Below, one piece after another: positions 7,425 to 16,144 of a stretch of 43,004 nt of DNA (the first letter of the stretch is position 1; each line of letters begins with the position of its first letter). Below the pieces are notes generated by a model, which did not search any database, had not been told where the DNA came from, and worked only from the letters and a program-made list of their open reading frames with translations. The position numbers and the translations under genes are program-made. This DNA is from Actinomycetota bacterium (GTDB lineage Bacteria > Actinomycetota > Thermoleophilia > Gaiellales > Gaiellaceae): the NCBI GenBank assembly GCA_046728195.1, contig JBKPEC010000001.1, positions 1-43,004 of the forward strand, read 5' to 3'.

Positions 7425-8098
7425 GACGACACGATCTCCGCAGCCGGTCCGACCATTCCGGCCAGGCGCGGCACGACGTCGAGGATGTTCTCCTGGGCGC
7501 AGTACGCGATGTCTTGCTCGAGGCCGGGCGGACCGTAGGTTCGAGCGTTCAACCCGTCCAGCGCCGTCGGAAAAGCGCCGGCGATCAGTTCGGCGGCTAC
7601 AGCAGAGTCGCTGCGGTCAGAGCCGAGGAGTTGGACGATGCGCCCGGCACAATAGGCGTCGTCGAGCGCAAACGCTCCCTTGAAACCGGCGCAGACGACG
7701 CTCGCGTCCACGTCTTGTATGACGTACGCAACCGCGGCAAGGTTGAGCATGCTGCCCAGGACGACCTCGTCGCACCTTTCTGCGGCCTCGAGAATCGCAC
7801 GAGTCCCGTTGGTGGTGGAGAGGATCAGGGTGTCGGCCCGCGCCTCCAGGAACTCCCGCGGGGAGGCACCGACGTCGAATCCTTCGACCTGTACGGCGTT
7901 CCGCTCGCCGCCGACGAGCGCGTCCGGCAGCTCCCTGCGGAGCTCGAGCGCCTCCTCGATCTCGGCGGAGCAGAGCACCCGGCGGTACCCGGCGGCGAGC
8001 GCCTGGGCGATCGTCGAGGTCGCGCGGAGGACGTCGACGACGATCGCCACGGGTGCAGGAGCCGCTTCGGCGGGAGTGAAAGCGACGTCGACGCGCAC
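7421..8098 (-). CDS. comB: 2-phosphosulfolactate phosphatase family protein (ComB-like)
   Basis: 225 aa with a GTG start. IVVDVLRATSTIAQALAAG...LSTTNGTRA...DDAYCAG is characteristic of the ComB/2-phosphosulfolactate phosphatase family. Confidence 0.78.
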   Translation of the reverse strand: MRVDVAFTPAEAAPAPVAIVVDVLRATSTIAQALAAGYRRVLCSAEIEEALELRRELPDALVGGERNAVQVEGFDVGASPREFLEARADTLILSTTNGTRAILEAAERCDEVVLGSMLNLAAVAYVIQDVDASVVCAGFKGAFALDDAYCAGRIVQLLGSDRSDSAVAAELIAGAFPTALDGLNARTYGPPGLEQDIAYCAQENILDVVPRLAGMVGPAAEIVSS

Positions 8099-8118
8099 CC
8101 AACTACGCTACTTCGCAC

Positions 8119-8973
8119 ATGGCTGAGGCCGTCGAACAGACCTGCTACCGCCACCCGGACCGCGTCACGGGACTCTCGTGCTCGGAGTGCGGCAGGCCGA
8201 TCTGCACCGAGTGCATGACCATCGCACCGGTCGGCATCCGCTGCCCCGAGCACGCCGGGAGGCCGCAGGGCGTGCAGCGCATGACGCGCGGCGTCCAGCG
8301 CGCGAGCTTCGAGGGGGCCGGGGCCAAGGTCACCAAGATCCTGATCGGCGTCAATGTGGCCGTATATGTCGCGGAGCTGATCCAGGGCGGCGGCGTCTAC
8401 GGCACGGGCAGCACGATCTACGAGAAGGGCGTCCTCTGGGCGCCGTTCATCGCGAATGGGGACTACTGGCGGCTGATCACCGCCGCGTTCCTCCACTACG
8501 GGCCCTTCCACCTGCTGCTGAACATGCTCGGGCTCTACTGGTTCGGCTCGCTGCTGGAGCAACGCATCGGCTCGGGCCGTTTTCTCCTGATCTACGTCGT
8601 CTCCGGGCTTGCAGGATCAGCCGGCGCGCTCGTCGCCAGCCCTCTGAACCCCACCGTCGGCGCCTCGGGCGCGATCTTCGGGATCCTGGGCGCGGGCTTG
8701 GTGCTGGAGCAGCAGAGGGATTACGTCTTCGGCGGAAGCGCGCTAGGCGTCATCATCGCCAACCTCGTGCTGACGTTCTTCTGGCCCGGCATCTCGATCG
8801 GCGGACACATCGGGGGCCTGATCGGCGGGGGCGCGTCGATGTTCGCTCTCTCCCGCTTTGGCCGCGGGCACGCCGTGTACGGCCGCCCCGGCCTGCTCGG
8901 AATCGCAGGCATCGTGGCGGTTGGAGTCCTGTCCGTCGTCGTTGCGTACTGGAAAGCCCGGGGCTACGCCTAA
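8119..8973 (+). CDS. Rhomboid family intramembrane serine protease with an N-terminal zinc-ribbon
   Basis: 284 aa. The N-terminus carries a CxxH...CxxC...CxxC ribbon (CYRHPDRVTGLSCSECGRPICTEC). Rhomboid motifs FLHYGPFHLLLNM and GASGAIFG are present, along with multiple TM helices. Confidence 0.88.
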   Translation: MAEAVEQTCYRHPDRVTGLSCSECGRPICTECMTIAPVGIRCPEHAGRPQGVQRMTRGVQRASFEGAGAKVTKILIGVNVAVYVAELIQGGGVYGTGSTIYEKGVLWAPFIANGDYWRLITAAFLHYGPFHLLLNMLGLYWFGSLLEQRIGSGRFLLIYVVSGLAGSAGALVASPLNPTVGASGAIFGILGAGLVLEQQRDYVFGGSALGVIIANLVLTFFWPGISIGGHIGGLIGGGASMFALSRFGRGHAVYGRPGLLGIAGIVAVGVLSVVVAYWKARGYA

Positions 8974-11159
8974 CACCTTCCGACCGCAGGCGCATCGATG
9001 CGGTCGAAGTGGAGAGCGAGGACGCGGCCGTCCGGCACGTGGGCCGAGCCGCTCGTCCTCATTAGGACATCGGTGTAGCCAACCGCGGGAACGCACACCG
9101 GTAGCTCGACCGGCGGACGCGCCCCGCCGGGATCGACGCTGCCGCGCCGTGTCCCCTGGGTGCTCGCGAGCGTGAAGCCGATCGGCTTGGGAGCCTCGCG
9201 CGGGGCGCTGAGGACGACGACAAGCGCCCGCTTCACCGGCCGGCCGTTTCCGTAAAAGCGCAGCCGCGCCTCGTTACCGGGCGTGGTCCACCCGTCTGCC
9301 GACACGGCGAGTGTCGACCACTCGAGGCGGTAGTCCTTGGTCGGCCGCACCAGGCGCAAGCGCGTCACATCGGCCCTGCGCACGCGTGTCTCGACGAGAT
9401 GGAAGCGGGGATCCGTTCGAGCGACGACGAGGTAGTCGCCGGTCGCGCCGAGTAGCCGACCTCTGCCGGCGTCCACGTGACCCTGATCGGCAGGGAACGG
9501 CGTAAACGTCGGGTCGTGGTCGAGGCGGAGGGTCTCGTCCACGTCCTTGTTCCAGAACTCGGCCTCCCACCAGTACGTGGTCGACTCGAGTGGGCTGGGG
9601 ACGAGCTCGACCGAGCTTCCTGAGGGAACGCTGGCGTCGATCCAGTCGAGGCGGTCGAGATGAGGCCTGACGTTTTCCGTCAACGCGGGCTCGGCGAAGC
9701 GCTCGAAGACGTAACCGGCCTCGAAGGCGCCGAAGCCGGCGAGCGCGAGGCCTGCGCCGACCGCCACCGCCGGACGGGTCCGCCATGGCGCCGCGACGAG
9801 AACGGCGGCGAGGGCCGCGATCACGAGCACGAGGATCCGCACGAACCAGTCGGCTGCAAGGTGGAACCAGCCGGCGGCCGTCACGATCGCCGGATGAAAG
9901 GCGGCGCCGGGCGACGACCAGAAGATCACCGGCTGATCGCGGTAGGAAGAGAGCCCTGCCAGCCAGGCGAACACCGCGGCGGCCACAATCAGGATCAGGA
10001 TCTCCTGCCGCAACTGTCGGCGCCGGACGAACGCCGCTGCGGCCCCGACGGCGAAGAGCGGCGCGAGATAGAAGAGGTAGCGGTCCTGGATGAATTCGTT
10101 GGGCGTGAAACGCAGGTCGAACGACGTCACCTCGAAGGTGAGCAGCGGAACGAGGATCAGGAAGAGCCATGCGTACGCGTGCGCGCTTCTTCCCTGTCGA
10201 TGAACTGCCTCCGTCACCGCCCAGGAGACGGCCAGCAGAAAGGGCAGGATGCCGCCGCCCACCACGATGTAGTCGAAGTGCAAGGCGGCCGAGTGCCAAA
10301 AGCCCGCCGGCACGAGATCGCCCTTGAACGGAACCGCGTAGTTACCGACGACGGCTCCGAGCGAACCAACTGCGGCCAGCAGGGCTCCGGCGAGGATGGC
10401 GACCGCATAGCCGACGAAGAGCAGGCGGTGCGACCTGAACGCTGCCCGCGCACGCCCTCGCCATCCGCTCGATGACACCGACGCCAAGGTGGTCTCATGG
10501 GCCACGATTGCGAGCGGCAGCGCAACGGCGAGCACGAACAACTGCGTGCGGGCGAGGAAGGCAAGGAGCAGGCCGGCGAGCGCCGCGACGTCGCGCTTGG
10601 TACCCGGTTCCGCGATCGCGCGCTGGCAGAGGAACACGGCCCAGACGAAGGCGGGATACGCAGCGTTCTCCGTCAGCAGCGTGGTGCTCATCACGAGCCA
10701 CGGCGTGAACGCCGTCAACAACGCCGCAACCGTCGCCGCCGCGCGCGATCCCGTCACCGAGTGCGCAAGCAAATAGGCCGGCCAGGCAGCGCTCGCCAGC
10801 AGGAACGGGTTCAGGACATGTGACGCCGTCGCTGCGCTCGGCGCGGTGAAGAGACCGTAGAACGGTGCGATCAGCAACGGATAGAGCTGGCTCAGCGCCC
10901 CGTAGTACTCGCCGTGGATGCGTGGAATGAGCGAACCCGTTTCGGCGATGCTCGTTGCGAGCTTCGTCGTCTGCAGCTCGTCGGTCATCACCGCCCAGGT
11001 GATGACTCGGGCCGAGTAGTACACGGCGAAGGTCCCGGCGATCCCGACGCAGGCGCCCACGACCAGCCCGTCGAGGGTGATGGAGCGGCGGAGGTCGTGA
11101 GGTCGAGACGTGCGGTTGATCGAAGCATGACCTGCCCTGAAGCGCGACCTCGGAATCAC
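8970..11159 (-). CDS. Large polytopic membrane protein, GT-C (ArnT/PMT-like) glycosyltransferase-like, with a ~230-aa C-terminal extracytoplasmic domain
   Basis: 729-aa ORF with a GTG start; the true start is uncertain. It has about 12 hydrophobic segments. An early-loop acidic motif (VMTDELQTTKLA) sits after TM1, as in GT-C enzymes. The C-terminal domain is non-hydrophobic. The family assignment is tentative. Confidence 0.55.
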   Translation of the reverse strand: MIPRSRFRAGHASINRTSRPHDLRRSITLDGLVVGACVGIAGTFAVYYSARVITWAVMTDELQTTKLATSIAETGSLIPRIHGEYYGALSQLYPLLIAPFYGLFTAPSAATASHVLNPFLLASAAWPAYLLAHSVTGSRAAATVAALLTAFTPWLVMSTTLLTENAAYPAFVWAVFLCQRAIAEPGTKRDVAALAGLLLAFLARTQLFVLAVALPLAIVAHETTLASVSSSGWRGRARAAFRSHRLLFVGYAVAILAGALLAAVGSLGAVVGNYAVPFKGDLVPAGFWHSAALHFDYIVVGGGILPFLLAVSWAVTEAVHRQGRSAHAYAWLFLILVPLLTFEVTSFDLRFTPNEFIQDRYLFYLAPLFAVGAAAAFVRRRQLRQEILILIVAAAVFAWLAGLSSYRDQPVIFWSSPGAAFHPAIVTAAGWFHLAADWFVRILVLVIAALAAVLVAAPWRTRPAVAVGAGLALAGFGAFEAGYVFERFAEPALTENVRPHLDRLDWIDASVPSGSSVELVPSPLESTTYWWEAEFWNKDVDETLRLDHDPTFTPFPADQGHVDAGRGRLLGATGDYLVVARTDPRFHLVETRVRRADVTRLRLVRPTKDYRLEWSTLAVSADGWTTPGNEARLRFYGNGRPVKRALVVVLSAPREAPKPIGFTLASTQGTRRGSVDPGGARPPVELPVCVPAVGYTDVLMRTSGSAHVPDGRVLALHFDRIDAPAVGRC

Positions 11160-11174
11160 CAGTACAACTCCAGG

Positions 11175-11468
11175 ATGGCCAACGTCCTCGTGGACGCCGA
11201 GAACGTGCGCCGCTCATTGTGGCCGAACATGCCCGGAAGCGAGCTCGAAGAGCGGTCCAGGGCCTGGGGTGAGGAGCACGGTCACGAGGTCACGGTCGTC
11301 TGGGAGGGAAGCGAGTCCGGCGACGACCGGATCGCCCGGCTCGTCCGAGAGCTCGAGCCGCCCGTCTGGGTCGTCACCTCGGACCGCGAGCTCCGCGAGC
11401 GAGTACGCGAGCGTGCGGAGCGCGTGATCGGCGGCGGTTCGTTCGCCAGGGAGCTCCGCCACAGCTAG
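11175..11468 (+). CDS. Small NYN/PIN-like (YacP/Rae1-like) predicted RNA-binding or ribonuclease domain protein
   Basis: The real start is taken as ATG 11175 (MANVLVDAENV...), giving 97 aa. LVDAENV...VTVVWEG...DDRIARLV...VVTSDRELRERV resembles YacP-type NYN domains. The listed ORF 10914..11468 is an upstream extension into the divergent gene. Confidence 0.5.
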   Translation: MANVLVDAENVRRSLWPNMPGSELEERSRAWGEEHGHEVTVVWEGSESGDDRIARLVRELEPPVWVVTSDRELRERVRERAERVIGGGSFARELRHS

Positions 11469-11470
11469 CC

Positions 11471-11488
11471 GTCCCTCGTTCGAGGGAC
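11471..11488 (+). terminator. Hairpin GTCCCTC-gttc-GAGGGAC directly after the NYN-like gene
   Basis: A 7-bp perfect stem with a 4-nt loop starts 3 nt after the TAG (11466-11468). It is followed by accacTTTc, which is only a weak T tract. Confidence 0.45.
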
Positions 11489-11522
11489 ACCACTTTCAGG
11501 GATCTCTGCCGATCCGTGCTGT

Positions 11523-12275
11523 GTGGCTCGCGGTGCTCTTGCCCTCACGTCGCTGGTGTGTGCGGCCGTCGGTGCCGCCACCCTCGCGCCGGCCACGGCC
11601 GTGGGCCGCGTGCTCCTGGATCGTCCGGCCAACGGATGGGTTCGCGTACACGAGCCGCGCCGGCCCGCGGGTCACTTGATCGCCGAAGTGCGGCCGGGCA
11701 GCTCGCTGGCCCTGCACAGCCGACCCTTCGGTCCGGTGCTGGCACGGGTCGGACCCAGGACGCCGTTCGGCTCGCCCCGCGCACTCGGAGTGGTCGCGAC
11801 CCGGCGCGGACGCTGGCTCGCAGTGACAGAGGCGGGAGTCGGCGGCAACCGGAGAGTCTGGGTCGACGCGCGCGCGGGCGGGCTGCGCTACGCGCGCACG
11901 CGCCTCGAGGTGGACATCGACCTCTCGAGCCGGATCCTGCTCGTCCGCCGAGGCCGCGCCGTGATCCGCCGTACGAGCATCGGCGTCGGCCGTGCCGGCT
12001 CCCCCACGCCCACCGGACGCTTCGCCGTCACCGACAAGCTGAACGGCCGTTCCTACAGCGCCGCGTACGGATGTTGCATCCTCGCGCTCTCGGCGATCCA
12101 GCCGAACCTCCCGGCGGACTGGAGCGCCGGCGACCGCGTCGCCATTCACGGCACGCCTTCGGCCGGCGACTTCGGCCGAGCCGTCTCCGCCGGCTGCGTG
12201 CACGCGCGGGCGGCCGACCTGCGCTACCTGATGCGGACCGTCCCGCTCGGAACGCCGGTGGTGATCCGGCAGTGA
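11523..12275 (+). CDS. Secreted L,D-transpeptidase (YkuD domain)
   Basis: 250 aa with a GTG start and a signal peptide. The C-terminal YkuD motif is IHGTPSAGDFGRAVSAGCVHA (His ... Ser-x-Gly-Cys). Confidence 0.85.
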   Translation: MARGALALTSLVCAAVGAATLAPATAVGRVLLDRPANGWVRVHEPRRPAGHLIAEVRPGSSLALHSRPFGPVLARVGPRTPFGSPRALGVVATRRGRWLAVTEAGVGGNRRVWVDARAGGLRYARTRLEVDIDLSSRILLVRRGRAVIRRTSIGVGRAGSPTPTGRFAVTDKLNGRSYSAAYGCCILALSAIQPNLPADWSAGDRVAIHGTPSAGDFGRAVSAGCVHARAADLRYLMRTVPLGTPVVIRQ

Positions 12276-12279
12276 CCGT

Positions 12280-14922
12280 TCAGCCGCCCGCGGCCACGTA
12301 AGCCGGAGCACCACTCGCTGCGAGTGCGGCCTGCGCGGCGGCAAGCCGCGCAACCGGCACGCGGTACGCAGAGCACGACACGTAGTCGAGCCCGAGCTCA
12401 TGACAGAACGCGACCGACTTCGGCTCGCCGCCGTGCTCGCCGCAGATGCCCATCTTCAGCTCCGGCTTCGTCGCCCGTCCTCGCTCGACGCCGATCCGCA
12501 TCAGCTCGCCGACACCGTTCACGTCCAGCGTCTCGAACGGATTGTGCTCGAGGACTCCCTCCTCGAGGTAGAACGTGAGGAACTTCCCCTCCGCATCGTC
12601 ACGGGAGAAGCCGAGCGCGGTCTGAGTCAGGTCGTTCGTGCCGAACGAGAAGAAGTCCGCTTCCTCTGCAATCTCATCCGCGCGGAGGCAGGCACGGGGC
12701 AGCTCGATCATGGTGCCGCAGAGGTACTCGACCTCGGGCGCCTCCTCTTCGGCAACGCGGATCGTCAGCTCGCGTAAGCGAGTCAGCTCCTCACGGAAAC
12801 CGACGAGGGGATGCATGATCTCGACGAGCGGTGCATCACCGGTCCGCTCGTCGACTGCGCGCGCCGCCCGGATGATTGCCCGCACCTGCATCTCGTAGAT
12901 CTCCGGCCACTGCAGGCCAAGCCGGCAGCCGCGCGTGCCGAGCATCGGGTTGGCCTCCTGCAGCTGGCGAACGCGCCGCCGCATGCGTTCGTCCGTCGCC
13001 TGCTCGACCGGCGGCAGGAACTCGTGGAGCGGTGGGTCGAGCAGGCGGATCGTCACCGGTAGCCCCGTCATCGCCTCGAAGATCGCCTCGAAATCGCCCT
13101 GCTGCATCGGCAGCAGCTTGTCGAGCGCCCGGCGCCGGTCTTCCTCGCCGTCGGCCAGGATCATCTCGCGCACCACGGGGAGCCTGTCCTCCGCCATGAA
13201 CATGTGATCGGTCCGGCAGAGCCCGATGCCCTCGGCGCCGAACTCCCGCGCCTTGGCCGCGTCCTCCGGCGTGTCGGCGTTCGCGCGCACCCGGAGACGC
13301 CGGTGCTCGTCGCCCCAGCCGAGCACGGTCACGAGGTCGTCGTTCACCTCCGGCGGAACGAGCGGCACCTCGCCGATGATGACGGCCCCCGTCCCGCCGT
13401 CGATCGTGAGCATGTCGCCCTCCGACAGCTGTTGACCGCCGAGGGTGATCGTACGCTGGTCGAGATCGATCGAGAGCGCCTCGCAGCCGGCCACGCAGGG
13501 TTTGCCCATGCCGCGCGCGACCACCGCCGCGTGTGAGGTCATCCCGCCGTGGGCGGTGAGGATCCCGGCCGCCTGGATCAACCCGTGGATGTCGTCGGGT
13601 GTCGTCTCCCAGCGGACGAGGATCACGCTCTCGCCGCCCCGGCCGCGCTGCTCGGCGGTGTCCGCGTCGAGCACGATCTTCCCGCAGGCGGCTCCCGGCG
13701 AGGCGTTGAGCGCCTTGGCCGCGCCCTCCCACTGCGCGGTCGGGTCGAGCATCGGGTGCAGAAGCTGGTCGAGCTCCGCGGGGTCGATCCGCCTGATCGC
13801 GTCCTCACGGGAGATCAGCCCCTCGCCCACCATGTCGACCGCCGCCTTGACCGCCGCGGCCGCGGTTCGCTTCGCGGAGCGCGTCTGCAGGAGGTAGAGC
13901 TCATTGTCCTCGACCGTGAACTCGATGTCCTGCATGTCGCGGTAGTGCTCCTCGAGCCGGCGCATCGTCTCCAGCAGCTGGTCGAAGGCTCCGGGAAGCT
14001 GGTGCTGCATCTCGGCCAGCGGCTGCGGCGTCCGGATGCCGGCGACGACGTCCTCCCCCTGTGCGTTCGGGAGGAACTCGCCGTACAGACCTTGCTCGCC
14101 CGTCGAAGGATCGCGCGTGAAGGCAACGCCTGTTCCCGACTCGTCGCCCTTGTTGCCGAAGACCATCTGGACGACGTTGACGGCCGTGCCGAGGTCGTCG
14201 GCGATGTCGTAACGGCGGCGGTACACCTTCGCGCGTGGCGCGTCCCAGGAATCGAACACCGCGCGTACCGCACGCGTCAGCTGTTCGCGCGCGTCCTGAG
14301 GAAAGTTCCGTCCCGTCTCCTCCCGATAGATCGCACGGTACGTGTCGACGAGCTCGCCGAGGTCCGCCGCCGACAGGTCGACGTCCTGCGCAATACCGCG
14401 CGCCTTCTTCAGATCCGTGAGCGCCTGCTCGAAGCGATGCGGGTCGATTCCGTCGACGACTTCGCCGTACATCTGGATGAGCCGCCGGTACGAGTCGTTT
14501 GCGAAGCGCGCATTCCCCGTTGCACGGCCGAGACCCTGCACCGTCTCGTCATTGAGGCCGAGGTTCAGGATCGTGTCCATCATCCCGGGCATCGAGACCG
14601 CTGCACCCGATCGCACCGAGACGAGGAGCGGAGCGTTCGCGTGACCGAAGCGCTTGCCGGTCTTCCTTTCGAGCGCGGCGAGGTGCCGGTCCACCTCCTC
14701 GTCGAGCCCGTCGGGCAACGCCTTGCCGTTCGCCATGTAGGCGCGGCAGGCGTCCGTGGTGATCGTGAACCCGGCGGGCACCGGCACGCCGAGCTGCGTC
14801 ATCTCCGCGAGCCCGGCACCCTTGCCGCCGAGGAGCGCCGCCCCTCCGTCGGACGGCTCTTCGAAGTCGAAGACGTAGCGGGGCCGGTTCAAGGCGGTGA
14901 TCCTCTCACAAATGCCCTGCAA
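12280..14922 (-). CDS. ppdK: Pyruvate, phosphate dikinase
   Basis: The protein is full-length PPDK-like. It shows LLGGKGAGLAEM, the phospho-His motif GGMTSHAAVVARG, and C-terminal GICGEHGG. The listed start is TTG 14922. TTG 14892 is preceded by GAGAGGA at ~8 nt and gives MNRPRYVFDF, so it may be the true start. Confidence 0.95.
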   Translation of the reverse strand: MQGICERITALNRPRYVFDFEEPSDGGAALLGGKGAGLAEMTQLGVPVPAGFTITTDACRAYMANGKALPDGLDEEVDRHLAALERKTGKRFGHANAPLLVSVRSGAAVSMPGMMDTILNLGLNDETVQGLGRATGNARFANDSYRRLIQMYGEVVDGIDPHRFEQALTDLKKARGIAQDVDLSAADLGELVDTYRAIYREETGRNFPQDAREQLTRAVRAVFDSWDAPRAKVYRRRYDIADDLGTAVNVVQMVFGNKGDESGTGVAFTRDPSTGEQGLYGEFLPNAQGEDVVAGIRTPQPLAEMQHQLPGAFDQLLETMRRLEEHYRDMQDIEFTVEDNELYLLQTRSAKRTAAAAVKAAVDMVGEGLISREDAIRRIDPAELDQLLHPMLDPTAQWEGAAKALNASPGAACGKIVLDADTAEQRGRGGESVILVRWETTPDDIHGLIQAAGILTAHGGMTSHAAVVARGMGKPCVAGCEALSIDLDQRTITLGGQQLSEGDMLTIDGGTGAVIIGEVPLVPPEVNDDLVTVLGWGDEHRRLRVRANADTPEDAAKAREFGAEGIGLCRTDHMFMAEDRLPVVREMILADGEEDRRRALDKLLPMQQGDFEAIFEAMTGLPVTIRLLDPPLHEFLPPVEQATDERMRRRVRQLQEANPMLGTRGCRLGLQWPEIYEMQVRAIIRAARAVDERTGDAPLVEIMHPLVGFREELTRLRELTIRVAEEEAPEVEYLCGTMIELPRACLRADEIAEEADFFSFGTNDLTQTALGFSRDDAEGKFLTFYLEEGVLEHNPFETLDVNGVGELMRIGVERGRATKPELKMGICGEHGGEPKSVAFCHELGLDYVSCSAYRVPVARLAAAQAALAASGAPAYVAAGG

Positions 14923-14988
14923 TACTTCCGGTTATGCCTGGCGGCCGCCAGCCGCCGTCCCGAAGGACGCTATGTCAAGGGACCTCCG

Positions 14989-15495
14989 TTACGCGCCCTT
15001 GCCGACCTTGATGATCGGGCAGTTCAGTCTGATCGAGGTCGACCGCTCGGTGAGCATGCCCTTCTTCTCGAATTTGTTCACCGCCGTGTCGCTCGTGATC
15101 AAGGCAGGAGTCGCGCTCGACTTCCAGGTCAGAATCGTTTCCTTCCAGATCGGCGAGTAGCTCGACTCACCGGGTTCGGAGCCGAAGACGGCAAGCTGTC
15201 CGGCCGCCGCCTTGCCCTGGACCAGGTAGATCTCCGGCGCCGACTGCAGCGGTACCGACTTGAGCACCGGTGCGTAGTTGATGTGCATCGCAGTCGCCTC
15301 CGCCTTGTCGGAGACATCGGTGCTGAGGTAGGTGTCTTTATGGCCGTCGTAGTAACCGTGGAAGGCGGGTCGGTTGACGGCGGTCTGCGGCCCCATCCGC
15401 GGGCCCGCGCTCATAAGCGAAGAGGCGTACGCGCCCGCTGCGGCAGAGAGGGCGGCGGACGTCAACAGGCAGGCTGGCAGGATTCCGCGCTTCAT
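14989..15495 (-). CDS. Secreted hypothetical protein (168 aa)
   Basis: The ORF was trimmed to ATG 15495, which is preceded by GGAGGTGacg (a strong SD). It has a signal peptide (MKRGILPACLLTSAALSAAAGAYA). The mature part is globular (HGYYDGHKDTYLSTDVSDKAEATAMHINYAP...). No family was recognised. Confidence 0.65.
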   Translation of the reverse strand: MKRGILPACLLTSAALSAAAGAYASSLMSAGPRMGPQTAVNRPAFHGYYDGHKDTYLSTDVSDKAEATAMHINYAPVLKSVPLQSAPEIYLVQGKAAAGQLAVFGSEPGESSYSPIWKETILTWKSSATPALITSDTAVNKFEKKGMLTERSTSIRLNCPIIKVGKGA

Positions 15496-15652
15496 CGTCA
15501 CCTCCGTGAGGGAGATCGATTGCGTAAGCAGTACGCACCTGCGCGTGCCCCGGTTTGCAGACTGCCGCGACGCCCGCAAGGGCTCGGGCGGGCTTTCAAC
15601 CGGGCGTTCGGAATCGGGCCCGGCGCGTACCGGCGCAAGCCGACCGCGAGCG

Positions 15653-16144
15653 CTAGTGCGCAGGTCGCCGCGTTCGACGGCGCGGCTGTGCCGTCCCCGT
15701 AAGCCCGCGCGACCTCGCCCACTCCTCGTAGGACGGCACCTGCTCGCCGACCGTCCAGAGGTAGCGGTAGGCGCCGTGATCACCGAGGAACTTGAAGCGT
15801 TTTCGCAGATCCTTCACGGTCGACTCGAAGTCCTCGTGCGCACGGAGATACCGCTTGAAGCCCTTGTACTCCTCGTCCAACTCGAGCATGGTCTCGGCGT
15901 TTTCGATTGTTGCCTCGACCTTGCTCCGACTGCGGATGATGCGCTCGTCCTCGAGGAGCTTGTCCACGGCTTTCGGTGTCATGCGCGCGACCCGTTCGGG
16001 ATCGAAGTCGTGAAACGCGCGCCGGATGTCCGCCCACTTCGCTTCGACGACCCGCCCTGAGAGCCCGGCTTCGAAGCCGATCCTGCTCAGGACGTCGAGG
16101 TAATCGGCGAGCGACTTCGGCCGGATCTGCTTAGGCGGCATCAA
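15653..16144 (-). CDS. Tag-like (DNA-3-methyladenine glycosylase I / Adenine_glyco family) helix-hairpin-helix protein, divergent
   Basis: 163 aa. GFEAGLSGRVVEAKWADIRRAFHDFDPERVARMTPKAVDKLLEDERIIRSRSKVEATIENA aligns by eye with E. coli Tag (QQAGLSWITVLKKRENYRACFHQFDPVKVAAMQEEDVERLVQDAGIIRHRGKIQAIIGNA). The N-terminal CGW...YHDxEWG region and the C-terminal His/Cys zinc ligands of Tag are not seen. Confidence 0.6.
   Translation of the reverse strand: MMPPKQIRPKSLADYLDVLSRIGFEAGLSGRVVEAKWADIRRAFHDFDPERVARMTPKAVDKLLEDERIIRSRSKVEATIENAETMLELDEEYKGFKRYLRAHEDFESTVKDLRKRFKFLGDHGAYRYLWTVGEQVPSYEEWARSRGLTGTAQPRRRTRRPAH

Noticed and set aside
15496-15652. A 157-nt G+C-rich region with several hairpins upstream of the secreted 168-aa gene. 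Examples are CGCCCG-caagggct-CGGGCG (plus strand) and TGCGTA-ctgct-TACGCA (minus strand). I considered it as a possible riboswitch or leader.
   Set aside because: I could not match it to any riboswitch consensus I know, such as ydaO/c-di-AMP, SAM, TPP or glycine. It is more simply explained as the Tag-like gene's terminator plus the next promoter. A covariance-model scan (Rfam/Infernal) would settle it.
13549-15702. A very long plus-strand ORF (717 aa). Comparable long ORFs are 18867..20969 - (700 aa), 5428..7347 - (639 aa), 6120..7538 + (472 aa), 31012..32469 + (485 aa), 39414..40748 + (444 aa), 40821..42200 - (459 aa) and 127..1644 - (505 aa).
   Set aside because: All lie antisense to or out of frame with genes carrying unmistakable family motifs (ppdK, glyQS, accC, dnaE2 and others). 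Their translations are Arg/Ala/Pro/Gly-rich low-complexity strings typical of stop-poor off-frames in very high-G+C DNA. They are not evidence of overlapping genes.
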